Assembly: GCA_965207445.1 (NCBI GenBank)
Contig: CBDBLX010000002.1
Coordinates: forward strand, 1,559,849 to 1,623,848
Reading direction: 5' to 3'
DNA from: Nitrosopumilus sp.
GTDB lineage: Archaea > Thermoproteota > Nitrososphaeria > Nitrososphaerales > Nitrosopumilaceae
DNA: 64,000 nt
A program made the position numbers and the translations under genes. Below the pieces are notes generated by a model. That model ran no database searches, was not told where the DNA came from, and saw only the letters and a program-made list of their open reading frames with translations. Positions 52,700 through 62,125 of this stretch are shown here, piece by piece (within the stretch, counting starts at the first letter, position 1; every line of letters starts with the position of its first letter).

Positions 52700-54375
52700 T
52701 GTCACAGCACAAAGTCATTGCACATAGCGTTGCAAGTCAATCAAACAGCAGAAATGATGATGATGAAATACCAAAAGTGATCATAGGAATAGAGATACAC
52801 TGCCAAATGACCAGTTTAAATAGCAAGTTGTTTTGCCCTTGCAAATCAGACTATCGTAAGATGAGGCCAAATCAAAACATATGTCCAATATGTACAGGAT
52901 TACCAGGTACACTACCACTGCTCAACAAAAAAGCAATACACAAAGCAATGATGATTGCAATGGCTCTAAAATGTGCAATACCAGATAGAATATCATTTTT
53001 TAGAAAAAATTATTTTTACCCAGACTTGCCAAAAAACTTTCAGATAACGCAATTAAATATGAACGAGGATATCAGTATAGGGAATAGAGGTAAAATATCA
53101 GTTGATGGAAAAGAGATACGAATACGACGTATTCAGATCGAAGAAGACCCAGGACGACTGATATATGAAGGAGCGTCGTCTAAAAATACTATAACGCTTG
53201 TAGATTATAACAGAGCCGGCACTGCACTAGTTGAGATTGTAACAGAGCCGGACTTTGAGAGTCCACGACAAGTTAGGTTGTTTTTGCATATGTTATCAGA
53301 CATGTTAAAGAACTTGGAGGTATCTGATCCCACACTTGAAGGTGCCATGAGAGCAGATGCAAACGTGTCACTTGCAGGTAATAATAGAGTAGAGATCAAG
53401 AACATTAGTTCATTTCATGATTTGGAAAAAGCAGTGATCTTTGAGATTGCAAGGCAAGAGGCACAATACAGTAGAGGACACGATATTATACAAGAGACAC
53501 GACATTGGGATGCAAGTAGAAAGATAACCATACCAGCAAGACGAAAAGAAGAAGACATGGACTATAGATATCTGCCAGAAGCAGATATTCCGTGGATTGA
53601 GATCGATGCTGATACAATAAATTCATTAAAAGAAAAAATGCCAGAGAGCATATCAGAAAAGCTGGCAAGGTATACTCAAGAGTATGGTATGGCACCCCAA
53701 GTGGCAAAAGTATTGTCATCAGACAAGTTATACTCTGATCTGTTTGATGCAGCACGTAGCAATACAAACGCAAAAGAGCTTGCAAACATAATCACGACTG
53801 ACTTGATTGGTATGATAGAAGTTCAAAGACGTAAAAAAATAGATGGATTAGATGATTTTGGTGGTGGTGAGATGGTCGATAAAGCAGGAGGTGATGACGA
53901 TGGGATGGTCGATAAAGCAGGAGGTGATGACGATGGGATGGTCGATAAAGCAGGAGGTGATGACGATGGGATGGTCGATAAAGCAGGAGGTGATGACGAT
54001 GGGATGAACTATGAGGATGAAATGAGCAATAATATACCAATTACACCGCCTAATCTGCAAAAGTTAGCAGATGCCGTCACGACAGGTGAGATTGCACGCA
54101 ACTCTGCAAAACAGATACTATATGATATGATCAAGACAAAAAAGAGTTTTGAGGATACAATAACGAACATGGAAACAGGTAAAATAACAGGCTCAACGGA
54201 GTTGGAAAATATAGTAAAACAAGTAATTGCACAAGAAACAGAAGCAGTCAAACAAGCAGCAACAAATCCAAATACGATAAACTATCTAGTAGGTAAAATA
54301 ATGCAAAAGACAAGAGGTAGAGCTGACCCACAAATTACAATGAAAATACTCAAAGAGCAGATACAAAAAAAATAA
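52699..54375 (+). CDS. gatB: Asp/Glu-tRNA amidotransferase subunit B with a tandem-repeat insertion
   Basis: IGIEIHCQ, RKNYFYPDLPK, DYNRAG, EIKN, DYRY and GRADP motifs. Confidence 0.96.
   Translation: MSQHKVIAHSVASQSNSRNDDDEIPKVIIGIEIHCQMTSLNSKLFCPCKSDYRKMRPNQNICPICTGLPGTLPLLNKKAIHKAMMIAMALKCAIPDRISFFRKNYFYPDLPKNFQITQLNMNEDISIGNRGKISVDGKEIRIRRIQIEEDPGRLIYEGASSKNTITLVDYNRAGTALVEIVTEPDFESPRQVRLFLHMLSDMLKNLEVSDPTLEGAMRADANVSLAGNNRVEIKNISSFHDLEKAVIFEIARQEAQYSRGHDIIQETRHWDASRKITIPARRKEEDMDYRYLPEADIPWIEIDADTINSLKEKMPESISEKLARYTQEYGMAPQVAKVLSSDKLYSDLFDAARSNTNAKELANIITTDLIGMIEVQRRKKIDGLDDFGGGEMVDKAGGDDDGMVDKAGGDDDGMVDKAGGDDDGMVDKAGGDDDGMNYEDEMSNNIPITPPNLQKLADAVTTGEIARNSAKQILYDMIKTKKSFEDTITNMETGKITGSTELENIVKQVIAQETEAVKQAATNPNTINYLVGKIMQKTRGRADPQITMKILKEQIQKK
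53872..54003 (+). repeat. Perfect 4 x 33-bp tandem repeat (MVDKAGGDDDG) inside gatB
   Basis: atggtcgataaagcaggaggtgatgacgatggg four times. Confidence 0.97.
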
Positions 54376-54650
54376 GATATTATATAATATTACAAGCATG
54401 CAAATTATACCACATATAGCGACGGACACAAGTTCCTGTACAGTAAATTTTTGTGATTTTGTGCCTGAAATAATCACATGTGGCAAAGTCCAATTGTGAA
54501 AACGTTACAGGAGAACATAATATGACTATTTTTATGTTCAAAATTATGGCAGTGTATTGCAATATACACGATCATACACCAAAGAATAGAATAAATTCAC
54601 AATAGAGATGAATTGCTACGATGTGTGCTTACACGTAGTGATAACCATGT

Positions 54651-54985
54651 CAGTAGTTCGCAATGTACCAATTTTTAATGATCTTATTTTTAATTATGCA
54701 GTGCGACACATTTACTATGGCAAGTAACTACTATGTTTTAATTCCCATCAAAGCAATCTTCTGATCAATCCGGCAATTGAATCCATAAATCATCCATTGT
54801 GAATAATTTTCCACCTGCAAGTCCGTCGTAATTTTCGTACCTTGCCATTGTTTACAAGCCATACAACAACATTTCAAAAAAATATCAACACTAATCAGAC
54901 TTGCAAGGCGCTGCTAGTTGTTTTTGGAGTCGTGTTTTTTATCACCATATATTTCAGCTCTATTATCTAGTGTTTGCAACAAGTC
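54651..54985 (-). mobile_element. ISH3-type right-end remnant, copy 2
   Basis: Highly similar to 42625-42950. Confidence 0.72.
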
Positions 54986-55063
54986 TCTAGGACGGTTTTG
55001 ATGTTTATTTTTATTAAATATTAATTTTAATGTATTAATTTTAATATATTAAAATAGTATAAG

Positions 55064-56374
55064 TTAATGTTTGTAATTTTTGTGTGTGGATGATCGTCGC
55101 TTTCTTTTCTTTTTTAAATAATCTGCAACCATTGGAATAAATGCACCCACATCAGATACAATTCCAAGTGCCTGCCACGTACCACGGTCCATAAGTTTGG
55201 TGACAGTAGGCTGATTGATATCCACAACTATTACCTTTACATCTGCAGGGATCATATTACCAGTTGCAATAGAGTGAAGCATAGTTGAGATCATTATAAC
55301 CATTTTAGCGTCACGTAATACTTTTTTGTACTCTCGTTGAGCTTGAACAACATCAGTAATCACATCAGGCAGTGGACCGTCATCTCTAATTGAGCCTGCC
55401 AACACAAACGGTACATTATTTTTAACACACTCATACATAATCCCACTATGTAGTATGTCCTTTTTTACCATATCACGTATAGAACCTGCTTTGAATACTT
55501 CGTTTATTGCATCCATGTGATTTCGGTGTCCTTTTGGTGCAAGTGTTGCATCATGTACATGCATTCCAAGTGAGGTGCCAAGTAAGGCGTGTTCTATATC
55601 ATGAACAGCAAGTGCATTTCCTGCAAGAATACCATCAATATAGCCATCTTTTATCATACCAGACAATGCACTAGCAGAGCCCGTGTGGACAATTGCAGGA
55701 CCACCCACTACGACGATCTTGCCTCCATTTGACTTTGTTTTGTATATGTCATCTGCAACTTTTTTGGCAATATGTTGTGTAGGGCGTTCACTAGAACTAG
55801 AACTTGCCATAAACTCAAAGACACTACTTCCCTCCCTAGGACGCTCCGGAGGCATCACATGTACACCATTGTCACCTACGACAATCTTGTCACCTCGTTT
55901 AACATCACGGATTGGGGTACAAAATGCACGATTATCACGTACAATGATACACTTGTCCATCATCATATTCTCAACATCTATCCATTTGTTATTATGATAT
56001 ATGCGAGTACGATTGTTAGTAGAGCTGTAAAACCCATCAGGCATAACACAGTTTTTGGGGGCGCGTCTCAACAAAACAGTAGATTGTCTAGTAGATACTG
56101 CACCTATACGGTACAAAGAATCCAACAGTGTGTCAAGATCTTTTTGGTTCTTTGCAGATACAGATAGTTTAGCAACAGACGGATCATTTTTCTTTTTACC
56201 TATCTCAAAGTTCAAAAATTCAAACTCACAGTGCATATCCATAATGGTCTCTAAGATCTTGCTGAGGATTAACGAGTCTACAAGATGCCCATGCACTTCA
56301 ATCTCCTGAGAGTAAGGTTGTGCATTAGATGATGATTTAGTATTCAATGCCACCTCTATATCACACCATATCAT
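55064..56374 (-). CDS. TIGR00300-family (LOR/SDH N-domain, ornithine cyclodeaminase-like) protein
   Basis: GHLVDS, MPDGFYSSTN, GNALAVHDIE, LAGSIRDDGPLP and TKLMDRG motifs; start uncertain. Confidence 0.9.
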   Translation of the reverse strand: MIWCDIEVALNTKSSSNAQPYSQEIEVHGHLVDSLILSKILETIMDMHCEFEFLNFEIGKKKNDPSVAKLSVSAKNQKDLDTLLDSLYRIGAVSTRQSTVLLRRAPKNCVMPDGFYSSTNNRTRIYHNNKWIDVENMMMDKCIIVRDNRAFCTPIRDVKRGDKIVVGDNGVHVMPPERPREGSSVFEFMASSSSSERPTQHIAKKVADDIYKTKSNGGKIVVVGGPAIVHTGSASALSGMIKDGYIDGILAGNALAVHDIEHALLGTSLGMHVHDATLAPKGHRNHMDAINEVFKAGSIRDMVKKDILHSGIMYECVKNNVPFVLAGSIRDDGPLPDVITDVVQAQREYKKVLRDAKMVIMISTMLHSIATGNMIPADVKVIVVDINQPTVTKLMDRGTWQALGIVSDVGAFIPMVADYLKKKRKRRSSTHKNYKH

Positions 56375-56394
56375 AAACTAAGCGATCACACAGT

Positions 56395-56742
56395 TCATGC
56401 AGGGAGCACAACATGTCCATTGAACTTTTCTATATTGTCTGCAACGAGTTGTTTTTCAATTAGTTCTGCTTGTTCTGGTGTAACACCTTGAACAATAGAT
56501 TTTGAGATGCCAGTCTTGTCAACTAGTGCTAGTATGTACCCACTTGTATCAGTTAACACAAATCCTTGTGACTCGTTAACAAATGCATACAAATTCTCTT
56601 TGCCCACAGGCTCCCAGTTGTTAGAATCAGGCTGTGCTAGTGCCATTGCAGGCATTGCTTTTCCACCAGTTAGTTTATCCAGATATGCACGTGCCTCTGC
56701 CACACGACGTTGGCCCTCTTTGAGTGCGCTAAAATACTGCAT
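56395..56742 (-). CDS. Thaumarchaeal hypothetical protein
   Basis: MQYFSALKEGQRRV...; co-oriented with the TIGR00300 gene. Confidence 0.75.
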   Translation of the reverse strand: MQYFSALKEGQRRVAEARAYLDKLTGGKAMPAMALAQPDSNNWEPVGKENLYAFVNESQGFVLTDTSGYILALVDKTGISKSIVQGVTPEQAELIEKQLVADNIEKFNGHVVLPA

Positions 56743-56821
56743 AAAAAATACACAACACATACAGTATAAAAATAATCCCTAATTCATAGTAATGTTAGAT
56801 TATGAATGTCAACAGAATAAA

Positions 56822-56901
56822 GTAACCGTTCAATCTTTTTCTAAATTTAGGCACAGTTCACCGCCTAACGTCGGGCACAGGTATAAAGATTGAACGGTTA
56901 C
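56822..56901. mobile_element. MITE family 1 copy, reverse orientation
   Basis: GTAACCGTTCAATCTTT...AAAGATTGAACGGTTAC. Confidence 0.85.
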
Positions 56902-57047
56902 GAGTGTATTTGCAGACGGTGTACGTCCTGATGCCCCATTGCTAGATGAACATAAGTTAAACGATTACGTGTGTATTTGCAGACGGTGTACGAGTAGTTT
57001 CGTCTTCTACCGTAACCGGATTAGAGGATCACTCAATTGTGAATACG

Positions 57048-58124
57048 TTAGTTTAATTTGTCATATGGTCCTAAAAATCGCTCACCATCAAAGTGTATCA
57101 TGTGATCTGGATTGTCAGCAATCCAAACCTCAGTCTCCCAGGATATATCGGTAACGTATTTTTTCATTGCAACTCTGTTAATAAAGGCAGTAACATATAC
57201 AATTCCTGAATTCAGATTGGCAAATAATTTACCTAGTTCGGCTCGTCTCTTTGCATTCATTGGACCATGACTAGTTACAGCCTCAATGAGAAAGAGTCAA
57301 TTACGCTTCACATCATATACAATTACATCAGGGATTTTACCGTGTTCATCAAGTTTAATGTCAAGATCGGCAAATCCTGACTTGTCAATATATGCAAAGT
57401 TTTTTGCCGTATCACCAACATATAATATTCTAGCATCTTGTATATGATGATTTGTGAAATCTCTACAAATGTGTCGTAAAAGTTTACCATGTTCACCAGG
57501 TGACATTTTCATCGATATTGTTGATGTGAGCTGAAAATGTATGGGCATATTGTGGAGTCCATCATTATTTACATCATTATTTACATCATTATTTACATCA
57601 TCTTCAATTAACAATGATGGTCGTTGTTGAAATTGAGACACATCATAAAGTCTAGCCTTATACTTTTTTTTATCATAATTATTTTGCAGTGGCGGATATA
57701 CTAAAAGATACTGCGCTAATTTTTTATTCCAATTTTTATTTTCATACGTTCTAAGAGTTACCAAGGCATCATTTGCTATCTGGTATACAGTCTTGTCACT
57801 ATTTGTTGGCCTATTAGGGTCATCCGGATTTACCAATACAAGTTTTGCTTGAACAAATTGATGCACGGTATTTCGTCTTACTGTCTCGCGTGTATTTGGT
57901 GCATATTTTTTACCATATTGTGTAGAAAAAAACTCCATCATTGGAGTTATTCCGCATAATGGTGCTGTAGCATTACTCCACGGATCGGATGGTTTTAGTT
58001 TTAACAATGCAAGCAACGTAAGCGCCGAACGTATGTTTTGCTGTTTTTTTGGAAATCCCAATTGCTTTAATACATCTTGAGCTTCAATAATTTTTTGATT
58101 ATTGTCTATAGACATATCAGTCAC
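57048..58124 (-). pseudogene. BsuBI/PstI-family type II restriction endonuclease with one in-frame TGA
   Basis: YAPNTRETVRR, NPDDPNRPTNS, MSPGEHG, LYVGDT, HGKIPDV...[15 protein letters not shown]...ISWETEVW. Confidence 0.9.
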
Positions 58125-59701
58125 CGAAATACTATTTTTTCTATTAAATCATTAATTTCATCTTGCAACAGACCACTCTCATATTTTTTACCAAGTCTTT
58201 TGAGTTTGTCAATTGACGGGTATCTTAAATACTCTAAATCAGTTGCGTTGACTTGCGTACTACCATTGAACTGTCTAAAATACAAATCCACCAGAGTGCT
58301 ATTAAGAAATAGAGACATTCCTTTTGCAATATTATCTTTCAATCCTTTTCCACAATTATGAAAATAGTTTATACGATTTTCAAATCCAACCAAATCAGAC
58401 TGATGTGTATTTTCAGACCATACAGCTGCAACAACTCTCCTTTGCTGTTCTTTTGTGGTAAATCGTTTTACCAACACATAACTACCACCATCATTATTTG
58501 ACACAAGTAAATTCTTTGCAAATTCCACATCAATACGTATAAAATTATGATGTTTTTTGTGTATTATGGGAAATTGTATCTTTCCATCAATTATAATATT
58601 AAACGGTCTTACTAGAGGTGCTGTAATTGATTTTTTTTCTTCAAATAAAAGTGCCTCTCGAATCCTAAAATCAACAACTTTGCCCGTAGACACACTAATA
58701 CCAAGATCATTTAATGTATACTTCAAGTCATTTCTCATACGCGTTGATATTAAGGATCCATGTTTGTCTGAAATAATATGGATAAATTTTTTGGAGTCAT
58801 GTGGAATAAGTAATTCAGACAACCTTGCTTTCCGTTGAATCATATTGACACCAGGAGTACTGCTAGAAGACACAACAACCATCTGTCCATTATCTGGCAT
58901 GTTCCAACGCAATCCTTTTTTCTTCTTTTGTACAGAAACTATCACATTCTCCTGCAATACATCATCATCTGCAAACGATGCGGTTCTAGAATCAAACAGG
59001 TGTATTTTTTTCAAATACATCATATCAAAAAGTTCGCTACGAAACTTGTGAAAATATACTCCATTACAGAAACTCCTCGGAGTTATGAATACTAGTTGAC
59101 CCAATGGTTCCATCAGACGCATTGAAATGCTCACAAAGGCAACATATTGGTTGATTGCAGGTATACCTTTTTGAGATAGTAATTCATGTATATCTGATCC
59201 ATTTTTTATTTTGCCATATGGTGGATTTGTAATTACATGAGTGAATCCCTCACATGGGTCATTTTTTTGCGTTGGTGTCAGAGAGGAAGCATTACAATAT
59301 TCTATAATATAATCCTCATTTTTAATTTTATATGAAAAATCAATTCCATGTAAATTGCACTGTTTATGAGCCATTTTTGTCACATTTGTAAGATGATCAA
59401 TTAAACTTTTATCTTTTTCATACAAAACAACTGAAATACTTTGAGGCTTTTGCCCATCAGGTATCATACAAATATTATCAATACATGCAGACATTAAAGA
59501 ACCTATTCCTGCACCCGGATCTAATAGATTTATATGTTCACTATTATTATATAACATCATATTAGCCATAAAACGTGCAATTGGCGCACGTGTAAAATAT
59601 TGTTCCATCTGTTTCTGTTTTTTTAGTGTCTTATGTGTGGCAATTCGTATAGAATCGGCATATTCTAAAAGTGAAATATTAGGGGTTTGTACAAGTGCCA
59701 T
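58121..59701 (-). CDS. BsuBI/PstI-type (Eco57I-like) N6-adenine DNA methyltransferase
   Basis: QYFT, LDPGAGIG, NPPY, ITPRSFCNG, STGKVVDFR and FRQFNGSTQVNATDL motifs. Confidence 0.92.
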   Translation of the reverse strand: MALVQTPNISLLEYADSIRIATHKTLKKQKQMEQYFTRAPIARFMANMMLYNNSEHINLLDPGAGIGSLMSACIDNICMIPDGQKPQSISVVLYEKDKSLIDHLTNVTKMAHKQCNLHGIDFSYKIKNEDYIIEYCNASSLTPTQKNDPCEGFTHVITNPPYGKIKNGSDIHELLSQKGIPAINQYVAFVSISMRLMEPLGQLVFITPRSFCNGVYFHKFRSELFDMMYLKKIHLFDSRTASFADDDVLQENVIVSVQKKKKGLRWNMPDNGQMVVVSSSSTPGVNMIQRKARLSELLIPHDSKKFIHIISDKHGSLISTRMRNDLKYTLNDLGISVSTGKVVDFRIREALLFEEKKSITAPLVRPFNIIIDGKIQFPIIHKKHHNFIRIDVEFAKNLLVSNNDGGSYVLVKRFTTKEQQRRVVAAVWSENTHQSDLVGFENRINYFHNCGKGLKDNIAKGMSLFLNSTLVDLYFRQFNGSTQVNATDLEYLRYPSIDKLKRLGKKYESGLLQDEINDLIEKIVFR

Positions 59702-59703
59702 CT

Positions 59704-60057
59704 TTATTCACATTTGTTGAGAAATTTAATTATTCGTTTATTAGCATCAGGTAATTGCATAGGTACAGGAACACCACCCATTTCAGTTGCGCTGTGACTA
59801 GTTAGTAACCATTGACCAACACCGAACTGAATGGATTCTTGTATTGTTTCATCTGACAAACCAAATGCTTCTTGAATTCTGTCTCTATCTGTTGCGCGTG
59901 GTAGTTTGCTTACAAAGTATGTATGGGGTTGCCCAAGTAGGTTCATATTAAGATAAATTATGCGTTGTGTTGCTATTCCTATACCCAACTCATATTTTCT
60001 ACCACGCCATGCAAGTTGCTCAACAGTGTGCTTGGATTCTCGCATACCATATTGTTT
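59704..60057 (-). pseudogene. HerA/DUF87-like P-loop ATPase C-terminal remnant, cut by a MITE3
   Basis: LAWRGRKYELGIGIATQR motif. Confidence 0.7.
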
Positions 60058-60205
60058 GTGTGAACCAAGCTTTATGACGGATATAATCATTCAAAATAAC
60101 TACTAGCCAGATGCATCGCATGTACAATACTCGACATGCAGACAGGGATGTGACAAAATACAAGCATATAATTTCATTATTGTGTCCAAAGAGCTTGGTT
60201 CACAC
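60058..60205. mobile_element. MITE family 3 copy
   Basis: GTGTGAACCAAGCT...AGCTTGGTTCACAC. Confidence 0.92.
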
Positions 60206-60370
60206 TAAAATTGCAAAGACAGACTACACTAGATGTGGTTAGAAACAGGGTCTTCCGTGATAGATTTTTTAAGTAATCACTTTTTTGTTTTTGTTATTGT
60301 CTTTAAATTATACTTTTGTAGACATGTCCCATGATCACAGATTTATTAGTAAGGGCAATTTAAAATTAAC

Positions 60371-60715
60371 ATGTCCCAATTACAACATTATCAATCACAA
60401 CAACGTTCATACCAACCTCTCAAACAGACGAATGTTACCTCTCAACAGTGGTACGAAACATTCCAAGAGACGTTTTCCGAAATACAAATCAAATCAATTA
60501 AAAAACGTACCGACTCCGAAGATCAAAGTCATGTTATAAAATTTGCGTTTAAACCCGTCTACGTGACGGAAAGAGGGGGTAAATCCATATTGATGTACGA
60601 TTCACGTATGATGAAAAATGGCGAAAAGTACTTTGTGATGTGGAATGACAATCCACTTGCATTAGTTAAAGAAGGCGATAATGTAATAATTTATGAAGGG
60701 GAAATTATTTCATGA
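60371..60715 (+). CDS. Hypothetical protein
   Basis: 114-aa ORF; TTTATTA ~25 nt upstream. Confidence 0.65.
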   Translation: MSQLQHYQSQQRSYQPLKQTNVTSQQWYETFQETFSEIQIKSIKKRTDSEDQSHVIKFAFKPVYVTERGGKSILMYDSRMMKNGEKYFVMWNDNPLALVKEGDNVIIYEGEIIS

Positions 60716-60891
60716 TAGAGGAGTTTGAAGTGTCCATGTGGGAAATGAAAATTAAATTTAAACAGCGTAACGTGGCACCAGCAATCTTAAAATCTTGTGA
60801 ACATGCATTACTTAATGAAGGGTTTTTGAGAAAACGAAAGTTGTCTGTCCATTATGATCTAAATGATAAAATGAACGTCGAGGAAATTTAG
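60712..60891 (+). CDS. Small hypothetical protein (59 aa, not in the ORF track)
   Basis: ATGA overlap with the upstream stop; MIEEFEVSMWEMKIKFKQ...EEI*. Confidence 0.5.
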   Translation: MIEEFEVSMWEMKIKFKQRNVAPAILKSCEHALLNEGFLRKRKLSVHYDLNDKMNVEEI

Positions 60892-60900
60892 GTGTGCGTA

Positions 60901-61362
60901 ATGACCATTCCACTAGAAGAAATTTACAAGGAGGTTAAAGATATGAATTACATAATAGTCAATCCACGACATACACCTGTACCAAGTTTTTACAAGCTCG
61001 ATGACGGGACGATGTTGGGCATTTTAACCCGCATAAACCACCTTATTCCAAATCCTATGAATACTAACGACATATCAACAAATCTAAGTACACAGGTGTT
61101 TGCATTTGTTCCAGAGAATAAAAGAAATCCAAATGGCAAACAAGAAGGTTCAGGTGTTAGTGTGACAATAATTGAGGAGGATGTCGAGTATGAAACATTA
61201 AAAGAGGATTTTAACACATATGACTTAAGCAATGACATAGTACTCAGCTTAAAAACGGTACTTGGGCAAGTCCAAAAGACCGATATTCATACGAATATGG
61301 GCGAACCAATTTACAATATAAACAGTCAACCAGTAATCAAAATTAAAAAAAGTACTAAATAA
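60901..61362 (+). CDS. Hypothetical protein with two related beta-rich halves
   Basis: YKLDDGTML versus YDLSNDIVL; ends GEPIYNIN. Confidence 0.7.
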   Translation: MTIPLEEIYKEVKDMNYIIVNPRHTPVPSFYKLDDGTMLGILTRINHLIPNPMNTNDISTNLSTQVFAFVPENKRNPNGKQEGSGVSVTIIEEDVEYETLKEDFNTYDLSNDIVLSLKTVLGQVQKTDIHTNMGEPIYNINSQPVIKIKKSTK

Positions 61363-61634
61363 GATAATGTTGCAAATATGGACCAAAGTGGCATTTTGCT
61401 TACAACTGATCCCTACCACATGCCAGTGATACAATCATGGCCGTCATGATTGCCAAAAATACAAAAACACAAACTACACTCGATGCGACTAGAAATAAGA
61501 TCTTCCTTGGTATATTTTTCAAGAAATTACTTTTTTGTTTTTGTTATGGGTTTCAAATACATTGCCTTTGCCGGTGCACCCTTGCGCAGTCCAGTAATCG
61601 TTTTGTTGTCAATGTCTGCCTCAAACATGATTTC

Positions 61635-61841
61635 GTATGAACCAATCTCTTTGGACACAATAATGAAATTGCATACTTGTATTTTGTCACATCCCTGTCT
61701 GCATGTCAAGTATCGTGCATGTGATGCATTTGGCTAGTAGTTATTTTGAATGAGTATATCCGTCATGGAACTTGGTTCACACAATTTATGACTAAGAATT
61801 ATTTTCAAATGAGCATATCCATCACGGATCTTGGTTCACAC
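61635..61841. mobile_element. MITE family 3 copy (61635-61782, inverted relative to 60058) plus a partial extra end
   Basis: Reverse complement of 60058-60205; second CTTGGTTCACAC ends at 61841. Confidence 0.88.
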
Positions 61842-62125
61842 CTCCGCCCTACAATGTAATTATTCATATGTCAACTGGTTCAGAATTATTTTAAGAGTGT
61901 AGAGTCCAAAGTATGACTCATCCATGCGGTCTTTTCATATCCGCATCTACTATACGCATATACTGTCTTGAGCAGGTTTCATCTCCATCGACGCGTATAA
62001 TTCCTGTGAGATGTGTTTTTCTACAAGTGATATATATGTTCACTAAGATGATATTTGTATTAATATGACCTTATTTAGGCACAATGCAGCAGGTGGAGAT
62101 GACATGTTACCAATTTACAATTTAC

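Noticed and set aside
53872..54003. 33-bp repeats as a CRISPR array
   Set aside because: Head-to-tail with no spacers, and in frame within gatB.
57297..57299. TGA recoding as Trp or selenocysteine
   Set aside because: TGA is a normal stop for many genes here (trpG, trpE, ilvD); a single TGG-to-TGA change is simpler.
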